This document shows, one piece after another, positions 28,248 to 38,805 of a stretch of 64,000 nucleotides of DNA. A model generated the notes under the pieces. That model searched no databases and had not been told where the DNA came from. It saw only the letters and a program-made list of their open reading frames with translations. The stretch is from the NCBI GenBank assembly GCA_017432425.1, contig JAFRJE010000010.1, forward strand, positions 11,065 through 75,064, in the 5' to 3' direction. Position 1 is the stretch's first letter, and every line of letters begins with the position of its first letter. A program made the position numbers and the translations under genes. The stretch comes from Candidatus Saccharimonadota bacterium (GTDB taxonomy: Bacteria > Patescibacteriota > Saccharimonadia > Saccharimonadales > Saccharimonadaceae).

Positions 28248-28811
28248 ATGAAAACAAACGAACTTTGGAATGATTATTTTCCAAACGGCGAGTTAAGAAA
28301 AACTCCTCGCCCTGTCGCTCTCGGAAATCCCGATTGCGAAGAAGATTCGATCGTCGGAACAGTTTTGATTTTATTTTACCGAAAAAATCCAGCAACGAAT
28401 TCGTTTGAAGTTCTGTTCCAAAAACGTTCTCCTCTTGTCGACCATAACGCCGGAAAGTGGGACTATTCCGCTGGCGGTCATATCAACTTTAACGAATCCC
28501 CTCTCGCCGCCGCCCTCCGCGAAACGAAAGAAGAAATTGGCGTTTCTCTAGCCGAATCCGAATTGGAATTTCTTGCGACCCTAAAAGCCTCGTTTAAGAA
28601 AAATATGTTTCTAAATTGTTATCTTTCCGACCGAACCGGAAAACCCGACGTTTTTAATTTTAACGACGAAGAAGTTTCTGAAGTAAAATGGGTTCCGTTT
28701 TCCGAATTTGATAATTTTATCGACGAATTTTGTAAAAGTTCAATCAAAAACGGAAAACTGACGCGCAAAATTTTTAAGAAATGGCTAAAGTCTAAAAATG
28801 GAACTGATTGA
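28248..28811 (+). CDS. NUDIX hydrolase
   Basis: Nudix box GGHINFNESPLAAALRETKEEIGV. The start abuts the recA stop. Confidence 0.85.
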   Translation: MKTNELWNDYFPNGELRKTPRPVALGNPDCEEDSIVGTVLILFYRKNPATNSFEVLFQKRSPLVDHNAGKWDYSAGGHINFNESPLAAALRETKEEIGVSLAESELEFLATLKASFKKNMFLNCYLSDRTGKPDVFNFNDEEVSEVKWVPFSEFDNFIDEFCKSSIKNGKLTRKIFKKWLKSKNGTD

Positions 28812-29550
28812 AGCGAAAAAAATTACCGCCCTAAAACCCGCCGTCCGAATCGAAAACCGCGTCAATGTTTTTATTAACGAAAAATTCGCTTTTTCGCTCG
28901 ACTTGTCCCAAATTGTTGAATATAAACTAAAAATCGGAAAAGTTTTAACACCCGAAGAAATCGAAAAACTAAAACACGCTTCGATTTTTGGAAAACTTTA
29001 CGCTTCGACGCTTGAATGGGTTTTAATTCGTCCGCGCTCGGTTAAGGAAACTCGCGACCATCTCCGCCTAAAATTATTAAAACAAAATCAAGAAAATAAA
29101 CGTCGCGAAAAAAATAAAACTTATTTAAAAGAAAATCCTGAACTAAAATCTCGCGCAAAAGAATTAAAAATTTATACAAAAAAACTTGAACTTTTTTCCT
29201 CCGAAGATATCGAAGCCGTAATCAAAAAACTGCTCGAAAAAAATTATTTAAACGATAAAACTTTCGCGAACTTTTACGTCGAAAACCGTTTCCTAAAAAA
29301 AGGTATTTCCGAGCGTCGTCTCCGCGAAGAACTAAGAAAAAAAGGAATCGACGCTACCTTAATCACCGAAGCTCTCGAAACTTCTTCTCGTGATCCCGAA
29401 GCCGAAATCGAGAAAATAATTAAAAAAAGAGCAAAAAAATATTCCTCGCCCGAAAAACTTCTCGCCTATCTCCTCCGCCAAGGGTTTCCTTATGAGCTCT
29501 CAAAAGAAAAAACTACTAAATTTTTTAAAGCTCTCCCGCCGCAGCTTTAA
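28798..29550 (+). CDS. recX: RecX-like regulatory protein
   Basis: Repeated three-helix modules, an FANFYVENRFLKKGISERRLREELRKKGI segment, and a position downstream of recA. Confidence 0.7.
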   Translation: MELIEAKKITALKPAVRIENRVNVFINEKFAFSLDLSQIVEYKLKIGKVLTPEEIEKLKHASIFGKLYASTLEWVLIRPRSVKETRDHLRLKLLKQNQENKRREKNKTYLKENPELKSRAKELKIYTKKLELFSSEDIEAVIKKLLEKNYLNDKTFANFYVENRFLKKGISERRLREELRKKGIDATLITEALETSSRDPEAEIEKIIKKRAKKYSSPEKLLAYLLRQGFPYELSKEKTTKFFKALPPQL

Positions 29551-30022
29551 TTTTTTCGTTAAAAATTTCCGTAATTTTTTCCGAAACCGCGTTCGCTTGG
29601 ATTTTTATTTCGTTATATTTTTCTGAAATTTCATTATTATCTTCCGCTGTTTTATAAAATTCGAGAAAATTTTTAAAATTTTCTTTAAAATTCTCAATTT
29701 CTTCTCGAACTTTTTCGGTTTTTGCTTCCGAAATTAGTTTTTCTAACTTTCCGAGATAATTATTAAATTCTTCTTCTCCCGCTTCTTCCGGAATTTCCGA
29801 AAAATTTTCCGAAACGGCTTTAGAAAATTCTGTTTTTTCTAAAACTGCCGCGCTAAGAGCCGACAATTTTTCTTCAGTTTCGATTTTAAAATTTTCGCGA
29901 CCGTCCTCAACGCCTTGATGATAAATAAATTTTGTTCCATAAAACCCGCCAACAATCAAAACCAGAAACAACAAAACGACTAAAATAATTTTAAAAAGTT
30001 TTTTAGATTTATTTCCTTTCAT
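29525..30022 (-). CDS. Hypothetical membrane-anchored coiled-coil protein
   Basis: N-terminal TM helix (LFKIILVVLLFLVLIVGGFYG), then a Glu/Lys-rich helical region. Confidence 0.55.
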   Translation of the reverse strand: MKGNKSKKLFKIILVVLLFLVLIVGGFYGTKFIYHQGVEDGRENFKIETEEKLSALSAAVLEKTEFSKAVSENFSEIPEEAGEEEFNNYLGKLEKLISEAKTEKVREEIENFKENFKNFLEFYKTAEDNNEISEKYNEIKIQANAVSEKITEIFNEKIKAAAGEL

Positions 30023-30032
30023 TTTTCCTCCA

Positions 30033-30695
30033 TTATCTTAATGTCCAAAGCTCAAAATCCAGCGGCCACGCATTAAACGCATCGCACCCTCTTAGTCCCG
30101 TCGATTGCTGGAGCATAATCGGCGCCAACCCGCCATTCGGGCAACTCGTTTCGTGGTTATAATGTCCGAGCCAATGCCCAACTTCGTGATTGACGACCAT
30201 GTGTTGATAATCTCGCGTTACCATTCCCGCGCCTCGACTCGCTTCCGTCCCCTCGCGCCACCTTTCGTCGTTAATAATAACTTCATTATTCCACGTCGTA
30301 CATGACAATTCTCCCGAACAACCCGCCGTCGCTTCGAGCGAAGCTGCGTCCGAAAGAATAATATTTAAATCTTGCCCTGACTTAACCTCAATAAATTTTA
30401 ATCCTGCCCGAACCCAACCACGCGCGTCGTTCAACGTTTCTGAAACTTTTCCGCGAAAATCTGAAAAATCCGCGACTATGCTTCCCCAAGTTAGAGTTTT
30501 ATAATAAATTATTTTTTCGCCGTTAATTTCATGCGCCTTTGCCGCCCCAGTCGAAAGTGTGTTTGTCCCGTTTGGATTTTGCGCACCCGAACTCCCGACT
30601 GCCGCGACCGAAATTTTTTCTACGAATCTTTCTGGAACCGGAATTTCGATTACTTCGCTCGTCAGTTGCGTGGCTAAACTTTGAACATCAAACAT
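30033..30695 (-). CDS. Putative zinc metallopeptidase (HExxH)
   Basis: The NHEVGHWLGHYNHETSC motif contains HEVGH plus downstream His residues. The rest is unrecognised. Confidence 0.55.
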   Translation of the reverse strand: MFDVQSLATQLTSEVIEIPVPERFVEKISVAAVGSSGAQNPNGTNTLSTGAAKAHEINGEKIIYYKTLTWGSIVADFSDFRGKVSETLNDARGWVRAGLKFIEVKSGQDLNIILSDAASLEATAGCSGELSCTTWNNEVIINDERWREGTEASRGAGMVTRDYQHMVVNHEVGHWLGHYNHETSCPNGGLAPIMLQQSTGLRGCDAFNAWPLDFELWTLR

Positions 30696-30737
30696 AATCC
30701 TATTATATATTATTTTAAGAAATGCTATAATAAAGTT

Positions 30738-31331
30738 ATGTTAATGAACGGCTCAAGGTTGATTAATTTTCCAATTTTAAGTCTTCATGTTGGCGGCGCG
30801 ATTGCGCGAACCGCCCGCCCCGTTATCAACCCAGACAACTTAAAAATCATTGCTTACGAAACAATCCCGACTCCTCTCCTCGATGAAGAAGCTGGCGAAA
30901 TTCTCGAAACTCGCGACGTGCGCGAATTTGCGAATGTCGGTATGATTGTCGATTCTGGCGACGTTTTTGTTAATCGTGGCGACGTCATAAAACTCGATAA
31001 AATCCTCGACCTAAATTTCGATTTAATCGGCTTAAAAGTCGAAACAAAAAAAGGAACAAAGCTCGGTAAAGTTCTTGACTATACCGTTAATACCGACGAT
31101 TTCTCCGTTCTCCAGCTCATTATTAAACGCCCCGCAATGAAAGCCTTTCTTGACCCCGAACTAGTAATTCCGAAAAAAGAAATTGTCGAAATAACCGACT
31201 ATAAAGTTATCGTTAAAGACGAAGAAGATAAAATCCGCAAAAAAGCAGTTAAAGAAAATTTTGTCCCAAATTTTGTTAATCCTTTTCGCGAGCCGGATTT
31301 TTCCTCCTCCCGCGTCGATCGTCATAATTGA
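30738..31331 (+). CDS. PRC-barrel domain protein (two PRC-like modules)
   Basis: GSRLINFPILSLHVGGAIA and LIGLKVETKKGTKLGKVLDY resemble PRC barrels. ATG 30738 lies 6 nt after TGCTATAAT. Confidence 0.55.
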   Translation: MLMNGSRLINFPILSLHVGGAIARTARPVINPDNLKIIAYETIPTPLLDEEAGEILETRDVREFANVGMIVDSGDVFVNRGDVIKLDKILDLNFDLIGLKVETKKGTKLGKVLDYTVNTDDFSVLQLIIKRPAMKAFLDPELVIPKKEIVEITDYKVIVKDEEDKIRKKAVKENFVPNFVNPFREPDFSSSRVDRHN

Positions 31332-32176
31332 AAATCAGCTTTATTTATTCTAACTAATTTATCTTCCGGCAAGTTAAATTTTTTTCCGGGCTGATAAGTT
31401 TTAATTGCGTTTAAAAACTCTAAAATTTGCGGACGCGTCGTCGCGACTTCGCTTCTTAAAAGCCCCTCGCGCAAAATCTCTAAACTAACTTTTTCGTCTA
31501 AGTTCAAAAACCATTCCCGCTTGAATCTTCGCTCTTCCGGTAAAATCTCCTCTAAAATCTTTTCAATCTCGCGCATTATTTTTTTCTGCTCACTCCAGAG
31601 CTGATAAATTTCTAATTTCCTTTCAAACTCAATCGCCCGAACTTTCTCGCGAATCCGATTTCTTAAATAATTTTCCGACGAATTTGTTGGGTCTTCTCGA
31701 AAGACAATTTTTTTCTTCGCCGCGTATTCTAGAATTTTCTTTCGGTCAAAAATTTCGCCTAAAAATCCGTCGATTAACGGTCGTCGTATTCCGAAACTCG
31801 AAAGCCCCGCCAGCCCTCGCCAACCCGTCCCGCGCAAAAAATTTATTGCCGTCGTTTCGACTAAATCGTCGAGATGATGCGCCGTAAAAATCTCCCCCCG
31901 TTCTTTAAACGCGACTTTTCTTAAAAATTCGTAGCGCACCTTTCGCGCTCTTTCTTCCGAAACCCCCTCTCCGAGTTTTTCCTCTCCGAGATAAGTTAAA
32001 ACTCCCGCTCTCTCGGCGATTTTTTTAACAAACTCCGCATCTGCCCTCGAACTCTCCCTCGTTCCGTGGTCAAAAGTTGCGACAACCAGTTCATCTCGCT
32101 TGAATTTTTTTGTAAAAATATCAAGCATCACCATCGAATCGACGCCGCCGCTAACCGCTAAGATTTTTTTCATCAA
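31322..32176 (-). CDS. tilS: tRNA(Ile)-lysidine synthase, short form
   Basis: PP-loop AVSGGVDSMV and HHLDD motifs. At 284 aa it lacks the C-terminal tRNA-binding extension. Confidence 0.85.
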   Translation of the reverse strand: MMKKILAVSGGVDSMVMLDIFTKKFKRDELVVATFDHGTRESSRADAEFVKKIAERAGVLTYLGEEKLGEGVSEERARKVRYEFLRKVAFKERGEIFTAHHLDDLVETTAINFLRGTGWRGLAGLSSFGIRRPLIDGFLGEIFDRKKILEYAAKKKIVFREDPTNSSENYLRNRIREKVRAIEFERKLEIYQLWSEQKKIMREIEKILEEILPEERRFKREWFLNLDEKVSLEILREGLLRSEVATTRPQILEFLNAIKTYQPGKKFNLPEDKLVRINKADFQL

Positions 32177-32222
32177 AAATATTATAACATATTCCCCTGA
32201 TTATGCTATAATAAAGACTATT

Positions 32223-34007
32223 ATGGATCTTGAGAAAATTCGTAATTTCTGTATCATCGCCCACATCGACCACGGCAAGTCAACTCTTGCCGATCGCATG
32301 ATGGAAATTACCGGAACCGTCTCGAAGCGCGAAATGAAAGCCCAACTTCTCGATTCGATGGAACTCGAACGCGAAAAGGGAATTACGATTAAACTCGCCC
32401 CAGTCCAAATGTCTTATAAGGGCTATGAACTAAACCTGATTGATACCCCGGGTCATGTCGACTTTTCCTATGAAGTTTCTCGCTCGCTCCAAGCCGTCGA
32501 GACCGCCGTTCTTGTTGTTGATGCGACTCAAGGAATCCAAGCCCAAACTCTCGCGAACGTCTATCTTGCGCTCGAACAAAACTTATATATTATCCCCGTC
32601 ATTAACAAAATCGACCTTCCCGCCGCCGACGTTCCGAGAGTCGAAAACGAAATTATTAACCTCCTCGGTTGTAAAAGAGAAGACATTATCGGCGTTTCCG
32701 CGAAGACTGGACTTAATGTCGAACAAGTCCTCGACGCGATTATCGAGAAAGCGCCGGCGCCAGACATGAGTAAACATTCAGATTCGAGCCTCCGCGCCCT
32801 CATTTTTGACAGCTACTTCGACGACTATCGCGGCGTCGTCCTCTATGTCCGCGTTTTTGAGGGCGAACTTTTAAAGAACTCCGAAATCCACATGATCGCC
32901 AACAACTCTAACGGTCTTGCTCTTGAAGTCGGAAAGTTAACGCCGAAGATGTCCCCAAAAGATTCTCTTTCCGAGGGCGAAATCGGTTATATCGTCACGA
33001 ACCTAAAAACGACTCGTGAAGCTAAAGTCGGCGATACTGTAACTTTAAGAAAATCTCCCGCAGCCTCTCCTCTCCCTGGTTATAAAAACGTCCTCCCTTT
33101 TGTCTATGCTGGCTTTTTTCCAGTTTCTAACGACCAATATAAAACCCTAAAAGAAGCAATCGAAAAACTTTCTCTTTCCGACTCTGCCCTCGCTTTTGAG
33201 CCAGAAAACTCCCCCGTCCTCGGCTTTGGACTCCGTATCGGCTTCCTTGGTCTTCTCCACATGGACATCGTTCGTGAGCGACTTGAGCGCGAATTTAATC
33301 TCGACCTCGTCATCACTAATCCCTCGACGAATTATGAAGTAACTCTTAACTCCGGCGCTGAGCTTGAAATTAAGTCCGCCGCCGACCTCCCCGACCTTTC
33401 CGAAATCGCCGAAATCCGCGAACCGTGGGTAAAAGGCGAGATTATTCTCCCGAAAACTATGATTGGCGGCGTCCTAAATTTAATTGTCGAAAAACGCGGA
33501 CTCCAGAAAAATATCAGTTATCTTGAAGATCGCGCAATTATTAACTTTGAAGCTCCAATGGCGAACCTCCTGACCGATTTCTATGACCAACTAAAATCCG
33601 TAACTTCTGGCTACGCCTCTTTTAACTATGAACTAAAAGGTTATGTTGCCGAAGATCTCGTTCGAGTCGATTTTCTTGTCGCTGGCGAAAAAATCGACGC
33701 CCTCGCTATCATGTGCCACCGTTCCGAAGCCGACGCAATCGGTCGTACTGTAACAAAAAAACTAAAAGAAGTTATCCCGCGCCAGAACTTCGAAGTTGCG
33801 CTCCAAGCCGCAATCGGCGCCCGCATTCTCTCTCGCGAAACTATCGGCGCCTACCGAAAAGACGTAACCGTAAAAATTCATACCGGCGACCGCGACCGCA
33901 AAGCAAAATTACTCGAAAAACAAAAACGCGGCAAAGCCCGTATGAAACGCTTCGGCAAAATCGACATTCCGTCCGAAGCCTTTACTGTAATGCTGAAACG
34001 CGACTAA
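32223..34007 (+). CDS. lepA: Elongation factor 4 (LepA)
   Basis: AHIDHGKST, DTPGHVDF, NKID GTPase motifs and the LepA-specific C-terminus. ATG 32223 is preferred; the 32100 extension overlaps tilS. Confidence 0.95.
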   Translation: MDLEKIRNFCIIAHIDHGKSTLADRMMEITGTVSKREMKAQLLDSMELEREKGITIKLAPVQMSYKGYELNLIDTPGHVDFSYEVSRSLQAVETAVLVVDATQGIQAQTLANVYLALEQNLYIIPVINKIDLPAADVPRVENEIINLLGCKREDIIGVSAKTGLNVEQVLDAIIEKAPAPDMSKHSDSSLRALIFDSYFDDYRGVVLYVRVFEGELLKNSEIHMIANNSNGLALEVGKLTPKMSPKDSLSEGEIGYIVTNLKTTREAKVGDTVTLRKSPAASPLPGYKNVLPFVYAGFFPVSNDQYKTLKEAIEKLSLSDSALAFEPENSPVLGFGLRIGFLGLLHMDIVRERLEREFNLDLVITNPSTNYEVTLNSGAELEIKSAADLPDLSEIAEIREPWVKGEIILPKTMIGGVLNLIVEKRGLQKNISYLEDRAIINFEAPMANLLTDFYDQLKSVTSGYASFNYELKGYVAEDLVRVDFLVAGEKIDALAIMCHRSEADAIGRTVTKKLKEVIPRQNFEVALQAAIGARILSRETIGAYRKDVTVKIHTGDRDRKAKLLEKQKRGKARMKRFGKIDIPSEAFTVMLKRD

Positions 34008-34012
34008 AAAAT

Positions 34013-34702
34013 CTAGAAGAACGTTCCGCCGTATCCTAAATTCCTCTCGTCCATGATTTTCTTTTGGGAGAAAGCGTATAATTTTTCAACTAATTCCCTA
34101 AAAACTATTTCTCTATCCATATCTCCCTTAACTTCGACTAGAAGCCCTAGTTCGCGATAACGCAATAAAACCGGCGCGGTCTTTTCTCTAAATTCCTGAA
34201 TCCGCGTCATGAAAACTTCTAGGTTTTTATCATCTTCGCGATTCCCGCGGTCATTGATAATCGTAACCGATTTAAATCTCTCCGTAACGTCTGCCTCGGA
34301 AACATTTAAAACAATCGCCGCCTTAATTTCGTGTCCTGCGGCTTTCGCTTTCTCAATCACCGTATCTTCCTCGCCCTTCCACCTCCCAATCGACGACAAA
34401 ACCAACGGAAATTCCGCCAACTCAGGCTTACTAAAATATGGCAAAACCCAATCATAAAACAAATTCGTATCAATCAATTTCCCCTCGCCAGTCAGATTTT
34501 TCCCCTTTTCCGCCTCCATCGCCCGAATAATTAGCCCGCTCGACAAGAACTTCCCGTTAATCGCCTCCGCGAGTTTGACCCCAACCGTATCTTTTCCCGA
34601 CATTGGCAACCCAAAGATATTTATCGACCCCCTCCCAAGCCAATTTCTTAACGCTTGAATCTTTAGAGCAAAATCATTATCCATACCAAAATTATACCCC
34701 AA
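34013..34702 (-). CDS. Adenylate kinase family nucleoside-monophosphate kinase-like protein
   Basis: P-loop GLPMSGKDT. SSGLIIRAM, a REDD segment and TAPVLLRYRELG are collinear with adenylate kinases. Divergent overall. Confidence 0.6.
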   Translation of the reverse strand: MGYNFGMDNDFALKIQALRNWLGRGSINIFGLPMSGKDTVGVKLAEAINGKFLSSGLIIRAMEAEKGKNLTGEGKLIDTNLFYDWVLPYFSKPELAEFPLVLSSIGRWKGEEDTVIEKAKAAGHEIKAAIVLNVSEADVTERFKSVTIINDRGNREDDKNLEVFMTRIQEFREKTAPVLLRYRELGLLVEVKGDMDREIVFRELVEKLYAFSQKKIMDERNLGYGGTFF

Positions 34703-34728
34703 CTTCCGCCCCTCGTAAATCTACTTTT

Positions 34729-34755
34729 TTAGCACTCTTGTCTTTTCTCTGCTAA
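34729..34755. promoter_or_regulatory. CIRCE operator upstream of hrcA-grpE
   Basis: TTAGCACTC-N9-CTCTGCTAA, just before TGTATAAT at 34759-34766. Confidence 0.7.
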
Positions 34756-34772
34756 TTTTGTATAATTGAATC

Positions 34773-35510
34773 ATGAATTTAACCGAACGCCAGAAAGAAA
34801 TTCTTTTTGCGATTATTGAGGAATATGCCGAACTTGCGACTCCCGTCGGAAGCATTACCCTCGCGAAACTTTTTGACGTTTCCTCTGCGACAATCCGTTC
34901 CGAAATGGCAAAACTCGAAAGTTTTGGTTTGATTGCCCAGCCCCATACTTCCGCCGGTCGTATCCCGACCGACGCCGGCTACCGTCTCTATGTCAACTCT
35001 CTGTCCGAAGAAGCCGACCGCGAGCTCGAAGCCGAAGAACCGACTCTTCCGAAAGCCCTTTCTCGTGGCGCTCATGTCCTCGAAGTTCGTGTTTCCTCCC
35101 AAGCGACCGCCGACGCCGCTATTCGTGGCGCGGTTGATTCTCTCGTCGAGTTGACCGGAAACCTCGGTCTCGGAACAATCGGTAACCAACTCTATCTCGC
35201 TGGCATGTCCCGCCTCTTTAACCAACCTGAATTTCTCGAAGTCTCCCGCGTCCAAGCTGTCGCGAAACTCCTTGATAATCTCGAACCCTGGCTAAAAGAA
35301 GCCGCCCCTGGCGAACCGCTCAATATCTTTATCGGCAAAGAAAATCCGATCGGAAAATCCTCCGGCGTCTCTCTAATTATCTCAAAATTCCGCTCCCCGT
35401 TCTCGGACAATAGTTATATCGGCGTCCTCGGCCCGACCCGCCAAAACTACCAAAAAGTTATGTCGCTCGTTCGTCGCGCCGGAAAAATGCTCGAAATTTC
35501 GTTAAATTAA
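34773..35510 (+). CDS. hrcA: Heat-inducible transcription repressor HrcA, short form
   Basis: [16 protein letters not shown]...PVGS winged-helix N-terminus and [10 protein letters not shown] motif. 245 aa. Confidence 0.85.
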   Translation: MNLTERQKEILFAIIEEYAELATPVGSITLAKLFDVSSATIRSEMAKLESFGLIAQPHTSAGRIPTDAGYRLYVNSLSEEADRELEAEEPTLPKALSRGAHVLEVRVSSQATADAAIRGAVDSLVELTGNLGLGTIGNQLYLAGMSRLFNQPEFLEVSRVQAVAKLLDNLEPWLKEAAPGEPLNIFIGKENPIGKSSGVSLIISKFRSPFSDNSYIGVLGPTRQNYQKVMSLVRRAGKMLEISLN

Positions 35511-35522
35511 GGAGAAAAGCTT

Positions 35523-35996
35523 ATGAAAAAAACCGAAAAACCCTCTGAAACGCCTCTAGAAGCCCCTAAGAGCGCCGAAACCCCCGAACCTTCCTTAGAC
35601 GGCTCTACGCTTCTTTCCGACCTCCAGCGAACTCGTGCTGACTTTGAAAATTATCGTAAAAACGTCGAAAAAGAGAAAGAAAACTTTGGAAAATTAATAA
35701 AATTCTCTACCGTTGAAAAAGTTCTCCCTCTCCTCGACGACCTCGACCGCGCAATTTCCGCCTACCCAAAAGAGCTAAAGCCCCTTGAAAAAAATTTCGC
35801 AAAAGCCCTAAAAAACCTCGAACTAGAAAAAATCGAAACCGCTCCCGGAACCGAATTTAACCCTGAACTCCACGAAGCCGTCCTTGTCGAACCCTCCGAC
35901 GGCGAAAAAGAAGTCATAAAAGAAACTCTTCGCCCTGGCTATTTTTATCAAGGCGAGATTCTTCGCCCTGCGATGGTAAAAGTCGAACACGTTTAA
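35523..35996 (+). CDS. grpE: Nucleotide exchange factor GrpE
   Basis: LQRTRADFENYRKN and GYFYQGEILRPAMVKV motifs. AAGGAG SD upstream. Confidence 0.9.
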   Translation: MKKTEKPSETPLEAPKSAETPEPSLDGSTLLSDLQRTRADFENYRKNVEKEKENFGKLIKFSTVEKVLPLLDDLDRAISAYPKELKPLEKNFAKALKNLELEKIETAPGTEFNPELHEAVLVEPSDGEKEVIKETLRPGYFYQGEILRPAMVKVEHV

Positions 35997-36021
35997 TATA
36001 TTATATGCTATAATTGTTCTT

Positions 36022-38805
36022 ATGGTACGAGCGAAAAAAGAAAAGAAAAAGGTTACTGTCGAACTTCCGAAACAGGAAGAGAAAAGATATAAAAAATCCC
36101 AGGCGGAAAAAGAAATCCGAACAACGAAGACGAAGCGTCTTTCGAATCGCGAAGTGAAAAATATGGGCTTTTTCGCCCGTTTGAGTTATAACCGAAAACT
36201 CCGCGCCGACAAAGAAGCGCGTCGCCGCGCCGAAGATCTCGCCTCTCTCCCGAAACAACCGATTAAACGTTTCTTTGCCCGTCTCGCCCCGAAACGCGTT
36301 CTTCGCTATATCTTTTCTTGGCGTGGCGTAAAAAACTTCTTTAAGTTTTGTTTTGCTTGTCTCCTCCTCGGCGTAATCGGCGTCGGCGGGCTTTTCCTCT
36401 ATTATAAAAAAGACATCAGCAACATCCAACTTTCCGACATTGTTATCGCCGAAACCGTAAATACCTATCTCGACCGTAACGGCGTTGTTCTCTGGGAAGA
36501 TACCGGTTCCGAAAACTATCGCCTCGTTGTCGATGGTTCAGAAATCTCGACCTATATGCGCCAAGCGACCGTCGCAATCGAGGATAAAAATTTCTATAAC
36601 CACCCTGGCGTTGATTTTACTGGTCTAGTTCGCGCCGCGTTTTCGACTCTCTCTGGACAAGGCGTTCAGGGCGGCTCGACCTTGACCCAACAACTTATTA
36701 AACAAGTCTACTTTGCTGACGAAGCTGCTTCCGAGAACCGCGGTGGAATCGCCCGAAAGATTAAAGAGTTAATTCTCGCCGTCGAGCTCGAAAAAATGTA
36801 CGATAAGGAACAGATTATTACGATGTACTTGAACGAAAGTCCGTATGGCGGTCGTCGTAACGGCGTCGAGTCTGCTGCCCAGACTTACTTTGGAAAATCT
36901 GCCTCCGAACTCACCCTCGCCGAATCCGCGCTCCTCGCGAGCATTCCGAACAACCCCGCCGTCTTAAACCCCTATAACGAATATGGCCATGAAGCTCTTA
37001 TTGCTCGCCAGCAAAAAACCTTGAACGTAATGGCAGAACTCGGCTATATAACCGAGGAAGAAGCAAAAGAAGCGAAAGAAGTTGCGATTCTTGATACCCT
37101 GAAGCCCGAATCGTCCCAATACGCCAATATGCTCGCGCCGCATTTTGTTCTTGAAGTTAAGAAACAGCTTGAGGAAAAATACGGTTACTCAACCATGCGC
37201 TCCGGCGGTTTTACGATTAAAACGACTCTCGACTATAACGCCCAGAAAATTGCTGAAGATGCCGTTCGTGTCGGCGACAGTTACCGCTATCTAAACGGTA
37301 GTGACAATATCGCCCTCGTCTCTCTCGATGTTGAGACTAGCCAAGTTATCGCCATGGTCGGCTCGCTTGACTTTAATAACGCCGAATATGGCGAAGTCAA
37401 CGCAACGACTTCCCTGCTCGAACCTGGTTCGACAATCAAGCCAATTCTCGACTATTCTCCACTCTTCATGCAGCGTAGCGGAATTAATTACGCCCCCGGA
37501 ACAATCCTCGCCGACGAAAATATCGACAAAATTTACTGTCGTGGCTATACCGGTTCTTGCGCCCTCCGTAATGCTTCGAACCGTTTTTATGGCAACATTA
37601 CCATTCGCCAGAGCTTAGGCAACTCCTTTAACATCGGCGCTGTTAAAGCCCTCTATATTAACGGAATCGAGAACAGTCTCGAAATCGCACATAAACTTGG
37701 CGACGTCAGTTATTGCGCCGACGACCCGACTAGCGCTGGGCTTTCGATTGCGATTGGTTCGGGCTGTACTGTTCGCCCCGTCGAACACGCCAACGCCTAC
37801 GCCTCGATTGCCCGCGGGGGCGCCTATAAAGACATCAGCTACGTTCTCGAAGTAAAAAATTCCTCTGGCGACATCATTGAAACTTGGGAAGACAAACAAC
37901 CGACTCAGGTTGTCTCCGAAGAAGTTGCCTATATGATTTCCGACATTCTCGGCGATGCTTCCGCTCGTTCTCTGAACTTCGGCTATCAAGCGACCTCGTT
38001 TGGCTTCGTTGTTCCTGGCGTCCGAACCGCCTCAAAAACCGGAACAACAACCACAACCGACGCGAACGTAACGAAAGATTCTTGGATGGAAAGTTATTCG
38101 ACCGCTGTTTCGACTCTTGTTTGGAACGGAAATCATGACGGCTCTGGTATGGCGGGAACCAACGAAATTGTCCGTCGCGTAATTAACGAATATATGTCCC
38201 GCGTCCATACCGAAGTCCTTGCAAACAACGGAAAGTGGAGCTCGGGCGATTGGTTCGTCCGACCCGCCGGAATCCAAACCTTAACCGTAAACGGGAAAAC
38301 CGATATTTTCCCAAGCTGGTATAACGAAAAATCCTCTGGCGTCTCAAAAGATAAATTGAGCTTTAATAAATATACTAGAAAACTCGCCGCGACCTGTACT
38401 CCTAGCGACCAAATTATCGAAATCGAAGTAACGAAGATAACTGACCCCATGACAAATAACGTAATTTGGAACGTTCCCGACGGGTATGACCGCGAAACGA
38501 CCGACGATTGTAGCTATACCTCTCCCCGCGCCAGTATTAAAAACTCGAACGGCAGTCTCCGCATTACCGTTTCCGGAAGCAATATTATCGGCGGCGAATA
38601 TGTTCTCGAAATCGACGGCGTCGAAGTCGAACGCGGAAGTATTCCGAGCTATAACTTTACCGCTAGCCGCGCTGTTCTCGGAACCGAAACGAACGTTAAA
38701 GTTATCGTTTCTGACGCGCTTGGCGGCTCGGCGACTGGGAGCGTAACTCTCGTCCCGACGAAAAAGCCTTCGGACTCGAATTCTTCCTCGAGCTCCTCTG
38801 ATTAG
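36022..38805 (+). CDS. Class A penicillin-binding protein (glycosyltransferase + transpeptidase) with long C-terminal extension
   Basis: EDKNFYNHPGVD and GGSTLTQQL (GT51). STIKP, SFN and KTGTT (transpeptidase). About 250 aa of extra C-terminal sequence ending in a poly-Ser tail. Confidence 0.9.
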   Translation: MVRAKKEKKKVTVELPKQEEKRYKKSQAEKEIRTTKTKRLSNREVKNMGFFARLSYNRKLRADKEARRRAEDLASLPKQPIKRFFARLAPKRVLRYIFSWRGVKNFFKFCFACLLLGVIGVGGLFLYYKKDISNIQLSDIVIAETVNTYLDRNGVVLWEDTGSENYRLVVDGSEISTYMRQATVAIEDKNFYNHPGVDFTGLVRAAFSTLSGQGVQGGSTLTQQLIKQVYFADEAASENRGGIARKIKELILAVELEKMYDKEQIITMYLNESPYGGRRNGVESAAQTYFGKSASELTLAESALLASIPNNPAVLNPYNEYGHEALIARQQKTLNVMAELGYITEEEAKEAKEVAILDTLKPESSQYANMLAPHFVLEVKKQLEEKYGYSTMRSGGFTIKTTLDYNAQKIAEDAVRVGDSYRYLNGSDNIALVSLDVETSQVIAMVGSLDFNNAEYGEVNATTSLLEPGSTIKPILDYSPLFMQRSGINYAPGTILADENIDKIYCRGYTGSCALRNASNRFYGNITIRQSLGNSFNIGAVKALYINGIENSLEIAHKLGDVSYCADDPTSAGLSIAIGSGCTVRPVEHANAYASIARGGAYKDISYVLEVKNSSGDIIETWEDKQPTQVVSEEVAYMISDILGDASARSLNFGYQATSFGFVVPGVRTASKTGTTTTTDANVTKDSWMESYSTAVSTLVWNGNHDGSGMAGTNEIVRRVINEYMSRVHTEVLANNGKWSSGDWFVRPAGIQTLTVNGKTDIFPSWYNEKSSGVSKDKLSFNKYTRKLAATCTPSDQIIEIEVTKITDPMTNNVIWNVPDGYDRETTDDCSYTSPRASIKNSNGSLRITVSGSNIIGGEYVLEIDGVEVERGSIPSYNFTASRAVLGTETNVKVIVSDALGGSATGSVTLVPTKKPSDSNSSSSSSD

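Noticed and set aside
32100-32222. N-terminal extensions in the ORF track for lepA (32100), tpiA (43668), the permease (457), rny (12668), the pilin (10295), the SDR (50616), the recombinase (49168) and the PRC protein (30681).
   Set aside because: The extensions overlap neighbouring genes, tRNA genes, promoters or repeat arrays, and lack homology to the protein families. Internal ATG or GTG codons with a -10 box or SD at proper spacing fit better.
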